DNA of 64,000 nt, from NCBI GenBank assembly GCA_964016885.1, contig OZ024740.1, forward strand, positions 358,422,001-358,486,000, written 5' to 3'. The notes beneath the pieces were generated by a model. It was not told where the DNA came from, ran no database searches, and saw nothing but the letters and a program-made list of their open reading frames with translations. The position numbers and the translations under genes are program-made. This stretch comes from Eledone cirrhosa. Lineage: Eukaryota. Shown piece after piece: positions 53,335-64,000 of the stretch (the first letter of the stretch is position 1; every line of letters starts with the position of its first letter).

Positions 53335-53570
53335 AACAAACTCTACAGACACAAACGTGCGTCAAAAAGCCCTGTCCGAGATGCGCGCAGAAATATGAAA
53401 CCGTTCTGCATACATATATGCAATGTCCGATCATTGCTGACTTGTAAAGTTATATCAAGCAACTAATGTCGAGTGTAGGATGTGTTTGACAATCGCCTGA
53501 GTCCACCATGAAAATCTCTCCGCAACGGGTGCAAGTAGCGAAAATGGCAAGAGTGAATGAGTCTATATTC
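53335..53570 (+). mobile_element. Old Tx1-related ORF2 C-terminal remnant
   Basis: CPRCAQKYETVLHTYMQCP (CCHC finger); gtagcgaaaatggcaagagtgaat matches the array's ORF2 end. Confidence 0.7.
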
Positions 53571-53928
53571 AGCAGGTACCTATATATTGCAGAATGATGA
53601 TCGACTTTGGAGAGCACAGTGATCCTTAATCTATGGAGTTCCTTGCTTGGTGGGGGTTCTCATGTATCAGGAGGATCGGACACTTTACTTATCTGTACTA
53701 TGTATACTATTCCCCTGCTGGTGATTTCTACTTGGCCAAAAGGAAAGGCAGAGTGAACCTGAGGAAAAACTTTATTTCCATTGCTTCAGAACACTTAGCC
53801 AGAAAAATGAATTGCACATGCTACTCAAAAGATCAGTCTTGTCACACTATGCTGAACTGAATCTACCTGAGAATCACATGACGGGTATATGTCTCTGTGA
53901 AATATTCAACCACTTGCACATTAATTCT

Positions 53929-54322
53929 ATGAAAGGCAAAGTTAACCTCGGCGCGATTTGAACTCAGAATGATAAAGGCCGCAACTCTATGCTGGAAAGC
54001 ATGGTGTCCGACCCTTTACCGATACTGTTTTGTGGTGAGTAAAGTAGAGTAAGACAGTGTTCCTTTTCACCTTTATTTTAGAAGAAAGAAATACTTATAC
54101 AAATATAAGCAGGCACTGTATATTTGTATTTCAACTTGATTATTGGCAGTATCAGTAGAGGGTCGGACGCCATGCTTTCCAGCATAGTAACGTCCCTTTA
54201 CGATCTGAGTTCAAATCCCGCCGAGGTTGACTTTGCCTTTCATCCTTACGGGGTCGATAAAATAAAGTACCAGCAATGCACTGGGTAATTGCTGGCCTTG
54301 TTCCTAAAGTAGAAACAATTAT
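53929..54322. mobile_element. Two family-A SINEs in inverted orientation (partial - at 53929-54027; + at 54141-54322)
   Basis: Diagnostic A/B boxes and core. Confidence 0.85.
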
Positions 54323-54937
54323 ATGTATAAGTTCATAAAAAATGAATTTATGATTATGTGTGTTTGGGAGTGTGTCAGTGTTTGTGTGAACAGTGTGATG
54401 TTTATCGTTTTTTGTGAGTTACTGAAATTTGATAACATTTTTTAGACGTTAATGAAGTGCTGACCTTACGGGAGTTTTGGTGATTTGCCAATCTTCTAAT
54501 TGACTGACTGATATCCGAGGTTCGTCTCAGTATTGAATACAAAGAGATTGGAAATTTGACAAACTTGTAGTTTGGAAGCTTTGCAACTGACAATTAAAAC
54601 AGAAGAGACTTGAAGATTTCCTGACTCGGATATTCATTCTTGTCAACAATCTCTCCCTCATAAACAACTCCAAATTTACTTAACTTTATTATCCGGCTTA
54701 GGCAATAACACTTCTTTATATTCTCTTCTCCCCACAAAGAAGGATAAGTGTTAAAAACATTATATTTATCTATTCCTTACGGCAAATCAACTTGCTGAAC
54801 TCAGTTAAAGATTAATCATTAACAACATAAATTACCACTAGTTTCCTCGGGTTCCAGATTTTATCGTACTAATTATAAACGCTTCATATAAAATTGTATT
54901 TGACAAATCGAAACAAATATATGTGCATTTATAAAAT

Positions 54938-55087
<150 letters not shown>

Positions 55088-55923
55088 TTTAATAGAAACT
55101 GAAACTTCACATGCGCGACTCCTTTCCGCCTTTCATCTATAATAGCTTTCTCTCTATAACAGCTTTCTCTCCATTTTCATCTATAATAGCTAAACCCTCT
55201 TCATACAACCTCATTTTCCTTTCATATCCTTGCTATTTTCTCGTTTTCACTTTTTCTGTCTTTCCCCCTATTTCAAGTTGTATTCTCGTGTTTGCTATTT
55301 CTTTCTTTTTTCTTTCCTTTCTTACCTTATTTATTTCCCCCTTTGAATTCGTTCTACACGATTCATTCCTTACTACTAACACTTCTACTGCCCAAAACCT
55401 AATATAACGCTAATGTTTACAAACACTATTCGTAATTACTTTCAAATATTTTCCGACGTTCTACTTTCTATGAATATTTGTACTGTCACGTTCAATCACC
55501 AAAGTCTGACGAACAGAACTGCAAAGCTTTGAGTCACGCTGGTGACTATCAAATATTATAATACTCTACGCTTCGAATTGAGTAATTTTTCTTCTGCTCA
55601 TACACATTAATGTGCATTCACTTATTTATCGTAATATATATAAGGGCTCTTATATATAACTACCACCTCTCACTAGCGTTACATTCTTTCCAGCCTTACT
55701 GTCGAAATACTTTGGTGTTTACGTTTTCCCAGTACCTGTCACCGTGATGTTTACCGTAGTCGTAAGATGTTTCTGAAAGTTTGTCATTGTAAGTTTGTAG
55801 TTCTGTTTTTATATGAATCCCAGTAGCTATTTAGCTATTTTTGCTATAATAACTATTGACATATTACTGAACGGTAACGATATAGCTCTTCGTGTTGAAA
55901 TCATATTATTCCAGTGACATTCG

Positions 55924-56696
55924 ATGTGGGAATTAAATGCTTATGTCTGTTTTATTAAGTTTCTTTGTCCTCTGTGTTTAGTGTTCTTTTTTCTTTTTTG
56001 TGCAATTTTTGGCATATGAACTCACTCGCTGCCGTCTCTCTCTCTCTCTCTCTCTGACCACACATATATATATTTGTACAGATGTACACACACACACACA
56101 CACACCCACATTAAAGGTGCAAATTAATTGCGTCCATAGGCGGTATGCCGAATGAGGACATGGTGCTCTTGGAGAGCAGAGTATCAATAATAGCAATATA
56201 TAATGGAAAAAAGAATCAGTGTTGCCCTCATATACCTATTTAATTACATATTACATATGTTTCACTGTCGATCAGCTCGAGGAACGATCGATTAATGATC
56301 AAAACTGACTCTGGAATCCGAAGCTCCTTAGATATGAGATAACATGTAGACTCGCGTCTACATGTTAACACATGGAGCTTTCGATTTCAGAGTCAGGTTC
56401 AATTATTAATCGATCGTTCCTCGAGCTGATCGACAGTGAAACATATGTAATATGTAATTAAATAGGTATATGATGCAACACTGATTCTTAGTTCCCTTAT
56501 ATATTGGTATTATTGGATTGGCAGTATCGGTAGAGGGTCGGACGCTATGCCATTCTGAGTCAAATCCCGCCGAGGTTAACTTTGCCTTTCATCCTTACGG
56601 AGTCGATAAAATAAAGTAACAGTAACGCATTGGGTAATTAGTGGTCTTGTGCCAAAAAGTAGAAACAATTATATATATGTGTGAGAGAAAGAGAGA

Positions 56697-56784
<88 letters not shown>

Positions 56785-56903
56785 ATAATGGGGCAGCGAA
56801 TGAGTTCATATGCCAAAAACTGAAAAAAAAAAGAAAAAAAGAAAACCAAACACAGAAGACAAAGAAACGAAGTAAAACAGAACTAAACATTTAATTCCCT
56901 ACA
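55924..56903. repeat. ~1-kb foldback (nested inverted repeat) with a SINE in the right arm
   Basis: Outer arms 55924-56032 / 56791-56903, then (CT)n / (AG)n, inner arms 56185-56351 / 56356-56515, loop tcgc. SINE at ~56514-56672 (+). Confidence 0.9.
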
Positions 56904-57205
56904 TACGTATAAACACACACACACATATATATATAAGATTTCGCTTCAAGCATGGCTTTATACAAATATGTATAGAAGTTTCGTATTCCTAAAGAAATAC
57001 GGTTTTAGGAAGCCCTCTGGTGGTGTCCAGTAGAAGCAAGGGGGACAACCGTCTATGCATTTCAGGCTTGACTGGCCTTCTTATAACATGTACAAAAGTT
57101 GATGTCAAACCTGCTTTCTCCGTTTTGAATCATAAAACATTTGTTAGTAGCTTAAATGGTTTTTTTCGTTAAAACTCCTGCATGATTATCGATCACATTG
57201 GGCTT

Positions 57206-57259
<54 letters not shown>

Positions 57260-57292
57260 AGGTGAACTTTTCAAACCCTTCTTTATAATTTT

Positions 57293-57368
<76 letters not shown>

Positions 57369-57655
57369 GGAAAAAATGAAACGAAATTTCACTTCTCACT
57401 CTTAGTACGGCTGTTACTTAAATACTTCAAGCTTGAAACTAGTACAGCGTTCCTTTGTCAGTGTTGAACAAATGAGCAACGATGGTTGCTAGACACTGTA
57501 CGGCTTAATTCGGGATGTTTGTTTACAAACACACCGAGCATTATAATAAATGTTCGGTGAATCCATACGTACATATATATATGTGTGCATATATGTATAT
57601 ATATATATACATACTACTGTACGTCTGTATACATATATGTATGTACGTATACATA

Positions 57656-57698
<43 letters not shown>

Positions 57699-57707
<9 letters not shown>

Positions 57708-57979
57708 GATATTAAATAAATGGAAACTATATTTATAAAACCATATTTATTCTCTTATATATATTTCAAGGACACCAACACATTGGTACGCCCTCATCAG
57801 ATAAAATACAAAGTTTGTTTTATAAATATTGACATATCCAGGAAGAAGATCTTAACGGTTTAAGTTTTTCCAGGAAAATGATGAGAGTGTACCAATGTTT
57901 TGGTACCCTTGAAATATATATAATAGAATAAATATGGATTTATAAATATAGTTTCTATTTATTTAATATCATTGAATAT
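57699..57979. mobile_element. Inverted pair of PLE termini with hammerhead-like cores, in (TA)n
   Basis: Arms 57699-57799 / 57879-57979. The minus copy reads CUGAUGA-gggcgtaccaa-tgtg-ttggtgtcctt-GAAA-tatata. The plus copy has aUGAUGA..gtaccaa/ttggtac..GAAA. Confidence 0.65.
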
Positions 57980-58100
57980 TATACTCCAGAAAATTGTCGA
58001 GTGCTTCGAATCAGTTATAAACATATATATTTGTTGAATTACCAACAAATTAAATATCTCTTTTCTTTATATATATAAATGTAAGTATGCATACGTACGC

Positions 58101-58155
<55 letters not shown>

Positions 58156-58190
58156 GATATGCACGTATATATATGTATATGTATATATGT

Positions 58191-58288
<98 letters not shown>

Positions 58289-59839
58289 ACGTGTGCATAC
58301 TTACATTTATGTATCAGCTGTTCTAAGGCAAGGAATAAATTTATGTTTAATTCATGTTTAGAACGATATCAAGTCAACAACGTAAACACGCAACCATACA
58401 ACTCCAGCACATTACTTTGCTACTCTAGATTATTACACCCAAGTAAACATTGTAAACACTATATATTAAACGACAGTCTCGTGAAGGAGCTTTTACACAG
58501 TCACTTCAGAATCGAACGCCCAAGCTACCTCTAATCCACTCTACCATTTTAATGGTGGATGAATATACTGTATAAATTATTTCTTAATTTAATATGACAA
58601 GAAAGAAGGCAGGTTAGTTTGAATGCCAGTCGGATAATGGAAATTATTATCTATTATCCAGCTTTTCCAGAAAACAGCTCCACACAAAACATTTGAATTA
58701 TTACAGAACTTTACGTTCTAACGGAAATAATGTAAACAATGCCATCATTAGACATATCTATAATATATTAACGGCAAAATCGAAAACAATGTTTATGGAG
58801 CTAAATTATGTTTTGCTCTGTACATGAGTTTCGTGATGCTGGTATACAAGAAAAAAGATTATAAACACCCAAAATTCTAAATTATAGAATCATAAGATGG
58901 TATAGATCAAACAACAAGAGACGCTTCATAGCAATCAGGCATTCAGTATATTGATTACACAAATAACATTATCAAATAACATTATCAACGTTAAATTAAT
59001 TAATATGAAATACCACAACCGACCTTACCAACTCTCCTATTAGATTACTTCTGATAACTAAGTCAAATTAATACTGAAATACCATGGTTAGCGAAGACAA
59101 CATTCAACTCAATAATACTTATAACAAATGTGAATCCTTAACACACTCTCCACATGAAAAAATTGTGTGCGCATTCTTGCGATGGTAACTACATAACAAA
59201 CACTTATCTTCCTCTCTTTTGATAACATTTTGATCATCATCGCAGCTTGTGATCATACCAACAAACATAATAAAATTACGTTTACTAATTTTACAAATGT
59301 TTAGTGAACCAAATTTCACCAGTTAGCCTCATCAAAATTTTAAGAATTTCAACAACATCACTGTTAAAGTACATATATCAACTAAATAATTGAAAATACA
59401 TATAAAAAACGTAACCTATAAGTTGACGTGAAAATAACACTCTAATTACACGACAAATACAAGCCAGCATCAAACAAGACAAAAAGAAAATAAAGAAAAT
59501 GATCGAAAGGAATGCAAAAACTAGTGGAACAGAAATACCAAACAAATAGTAAAACACCAAATAAAATAACAGTATCATCATCAATAACGACGAAGGCTAT
59601 TCTATGCATAAAAACAAATTAAAGTCTGTCCGAAGCCATCAGGTGCATCAGGCCAGTGATTATCTCCGGTTTCATTTTTTATCAGTGATAATCGACTGAA
59701 AGTACACAACTTCCACTAGACAGGACGCCAGTCCATCGCTGGGTTAACCTACACTTACTGCTGATACTTATTTTCATTTGAGTGTACCGAAGCAACGTGA
59801 AATGAAGTATTTTTCCCCAAGAGCACTTAATACATTATG

Positions 59840-60033
59840 CAGACGTATCAACTCTCCTTTTCAGTCGGGGAGAACTCCCACCCACTTTGGGGTGTCTGAG
59901 AGATGTCTTCTCTTGTGAAAATGGGTATAGCTTTCATTATGTAAAATCTCCCCAATTTACCTCATTTCTCTCCGGTTTGGGGCATTTTTTTCATGGTACT
60001 CCCCATTTGGTGTTTTAGAGGTTGGCAGGTCTG
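59840..60033. mobile_element. ~194-bp MITE, copy 2
   Basis: Termini cagacgtatcaac / gttggcaggtctg. Perfect 7-bp flanking duplication cattatg (59833-59839 and 60034-60040). Confidence 0.8.
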
Positions 60034-60529
60034 CATTATGTCACAATAACAACTTCAAATAGCATACCCACACTTAAACATCAAGCAAATGCCCTCATCA
60101 GATATATCTCGATAAACAGCAACCAAAAACAGCGCAAAGAACGCGAGTAGGTCAAATCGAAAAATATCCACTTGCCACATAAATCCTAATTTCAACCTTT
60201 CCTTCCATTATGTATTAGAAAAGAAACAAGGAAGTAGCAAAACCGAAAAGCCTTAGAACTTGAGAAAATTACAAATGGTCACCTAAAACCCATTGGCGAA
60301 ATGTTTCACTGCAGTCACTAATACATAAAACTAGTTGTGTCAGTACTATCAAGTCCAAATAAAATAAAATCACACAGACCCACTACTTTCATATGCACAC
60401 CTCCAATAATTAAAAATGTCTTAACTTTGATATTAGTTTCAAATCCCAACAGGAATACAAACTACCACAATTGGTATAAACAGGTGAAAAATTGGGGAGG
60501 ACTTGCTTAAGACAGCAAAGGTATATGTT

Positions 60530-61760
60530 ACAAATGTTCATGATTTTGGACAGACTTTCCAGTTTCAAAAGATTGTTTAAAATGTTTTCTTACCGAATTG
60601 TATATCACAGACCCTCTCTAATATCAAAGAAGAAATGAATATGAAGATTTGTTATTTGGAACTAAGGATTTAAAGAGTTTATGAATATAAATTCTCCATT
60701 TCATTCAGAATGTAAAGACTTTGACAATGTCATATATCTAGTGAATAAGTCATCAGAGAAATCTTTAACGAGGAATTTAGTTCTAACATATGGTGTTGTA
60801 CTATTATATTAAAGTAGTGAGAGCGTTGCTGGATTTCTTTAAATCCAGTAATACCTCCACATAAATATAAGCTTATAACACCCATCATATCCTGGAGTTA
60901 ATTATTAATGATTCACTTGATAGAAAAGTCATAGATCTTACCGAAGCTACAAGTCACTCAGATGCAGTAATAAGAATACAGAATTAAAAAAATAATTGGA
61001 CCAGAAGACTTAATTAGTTCTCCTTGAGAAGGATGTATAATCAAGACCTTGCCATGAAATATAGAGAAATATATATTCTTGTTCAATGACTTAATCTTAA
61101 ACTTTCCTCAGAATCCAAAAGATAAGAGATAGTAATTCCATAGGGTGGATTCATGCGGCCCAGGTTCACATCTCAAATGCATTTTCCGCTCAGAAGACTC
61201 TTGAATTACTAAACGATAGTCATATAGATTATTCTGACCGCTAGCAAAGTAATGTAAAAGTGACAATTAATTACTTTGATAATCGAAAAACTTCATTGCG
61301 AACTATAGCAAAGTTGATGAGCTTGATGATGTGGGTAAACGGGCACTTTGATGTATTAAAAATTACATTGTATGTGTATACATTGTAAACAAAATTGTAC
61401 TCCTTCCCGAGGCAGACAACGCTGTCGAGTTTGTGGTTATGTCTTGTGTGGAGAATTGGCATCTAGAAAATCTCTTTCGCTCTATGATATTAGACTAAAC
61501 CGAGTGTGTGACAGGTGCTCTGTTATGTTGAATACTGTTGGCACTAGGAGCAATAAAGGGGTCTCATACGACTACGAAAATTATATCGCAATCCGAAGCT
61601 ACTACTAGCTCCAATGCATTGGGTGACAACATATACACAACTGCAGATCATTGTAAAAATTAGTGCAGACAATATACGAGATGGGCTTGCCATGAGAATT
61701 TTGTATGGTTATGTTCTGCATACAAAGAAGCTGTTAGTTTATATAATCACTGTATAAGCT
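60530..61760 (+). pseudogene. Decayed processed pseudogene of an FGD-family (RhoGEF DH-PH-FYVE) gene
   Basis: Colinear, intronless motifs: HHILE, DSLDRK..ATSHSDAVIR, EDLISSP, EKYIFLFNDLIL, QKTLEL, VGKRAL, then the FYVE-like C.HC...RGRQRCRVCGYVLCG..SRK..L.YD.RLNRVCDRC (ORF 61372-61608). Many stops and deletions. Confidence 0.75.
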
Positions 61761-61794
61761 GGTAACGGCATTGATATTAAACATAGTCAATTAG

Positions 61795-62012
61795 ATGGTT
61801 TCCAATTTAGGTACAAACCCAATAATTTTGAGAGGAGGGGAAAGTCAATTATATCGACACCAGTACTTGATCAATAATTGATTTTATTGAATTCCGGACT
61901 GATGAACAGCAAAGTTGTTGTCGGTGGTATTTGAACACAGAGCATAAAAAGCCGAAAAATTACCTCAATGCATTTAATCCGATGCTCTAATAATTCTGCT
62001 AACCGACCGCTC
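61795..62012 (-). mobile_element. Degenerate family-A SINE
   Basis: ggggaaagtcaattatatcgac...gatgaacagcaaagtt..ggtatttgaac. Confidence 0.7.
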
Positions 62013-62189
62013 TAACTTAGTCAACTAGAAGAACAAGTGCAAGACATCGTGGCTAAATGTGACCAAGAACGCCAGAAATAGTTAGAACGTTTGCTAAAAG
62101 TGAATATTTTTGGACTGTCAAATAATTATTCAAATGACGAAACTTCGTGAAAACAGAGAAAGTAACTTTTGTGATGATTGATACATATA

Positions 62190-63091
<902 letters not shown>

Positions 63092-63719
63092 CTGAGCGTG
63101 TGTGTGCTCGCTCGTGTTCTTATTTATGCTTATATCTGGTTAAAAGTTGTTATATCTCGTAAATATACAATACAAAAATAGAGATAAAATAATTACCAGA
63201 TTGAAATAAATAGTAGAGGTCGGAGTGTTAGATAAACCTCTGGAAGGTATAATCGTTGGTAAATATCTGAGATCATAAAAAACTAAACAAAAGAAAGAAT
63301 TCGCTACAACTACACAGACGGTAACGCTAATGGCACGATAAAATAGCTTCACAAATACATGAGGCTTACTTTTGCGGTTGGCCAACTCCTTTCAGATTGC
63401 ACCAAATGAGGAAGTAGCGTGGAGAGTCAGAACCCCAACGCTATAGATTCTACGACAAGTCTATTGGAAAACAGCCAATACTTCAACAATTTGCGATTTC
63501 AGCAAGTCAAGAAACAAGTCAACCAGAGCATACCTTCTCTGTTTAGGGCTTTTAATATCTCAGGTCGAATTTCATCCTCCGATAAGCCTTGCTACCTTTA
63601 AGTGCTTCAATTGCTTTGGCATCCCCAGGTGACAAGTGAGATTGCTCTAATTTTAGAGAAATCTATTTTTTTAAAAGTCTCCGGTAAAGTTTATGCTAAG
63701 TATCTGGCAAAAAATGTAA

Positions 63720-63990
63720 GAATGTTGTTGAATCGAAGCTAGCTGACGAACAGTATGGTTTTCGCTCTGAAGGTAACACAACCATTCAAATATTAATTCT
63801 GCAGCAGATCTTCGAGAAATTGTAGGAGTATTGGTAAGAGGTGTATGCATCTTACTTGTCTCTCGGAAAGACATGTGGTGAAAATGTTTCAGATCTTACG
63901 GGCAAAATCAGCAGAAAGGAGATCCGGAGGTAGACTAGCAATCTTACGGGCAAAATCAGCAGAAAGGAGATCTGGAGGTAGACTAGCAAG
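63720..63990 (+). mobile_element. RTE-type RT remnant ending in a 48-bp tandem duplication
   Basis: ESKLADEQYGFRSEGNTTIQILILQQIFEK. Units 63893-63940 and 63941-63988 differ by one base. Confidence 0.7.
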
Positions 63991-64000
63991 ATGATTAGAT

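Noticed and set aside
58380-60400. Additional PLE RT remnants, and a Tigger-like piece at ~33910-34140
   Set aside because: Only faint motif resemblance; boundaries and identity cannot be supported by eye.

Overview
Eukaryotic, AT-rich, microsatellite-dense and repeat-dominated DNA. The SINE families and repeat landscape suggest a cephalopod such as Octopus (inference). No intact host gene is supported. The main feature (13.9-31.8 kb) is a head-to-tail, same-strand array of three full-length but mutually divergent L1/Tx1-clade LINEs plus two 5'-truncated copies. Each full-length copy has ORF1 with a CCHC knuckle and ORF2 with APE-RT-CCHC. Every junction in the array is a (CTAT)n/(GATA)n tract, suggesting a microsatellite-targeting Tx1 lineage that regenerates its own landing site. 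Directly upstream (9.1-13.5 kb) is an inverted Penelope-like (Neptune-type, GIY-YIG) composite. It has captured an internal 1.67-kb Tx1 RT segment between perfect 22-bp direct repeats, producing a chimeric 597-aa ORF. The rest of the window holds other PLE termini with minimal hammerhead motifs, many tRNA-derived SINEs (including an 8-copy convergent cluster), CRE, R4/Dong, RTE and older Tx1 remnants, a double-headed non-autonomous Helitron, MITEs, a ~1-kb foldback and a decayed intronless FGD-type (DH-PH-FYVE) retrocopy. All calls come from reading motifs by eye. Coordinates of degenerate repeats are approximate.
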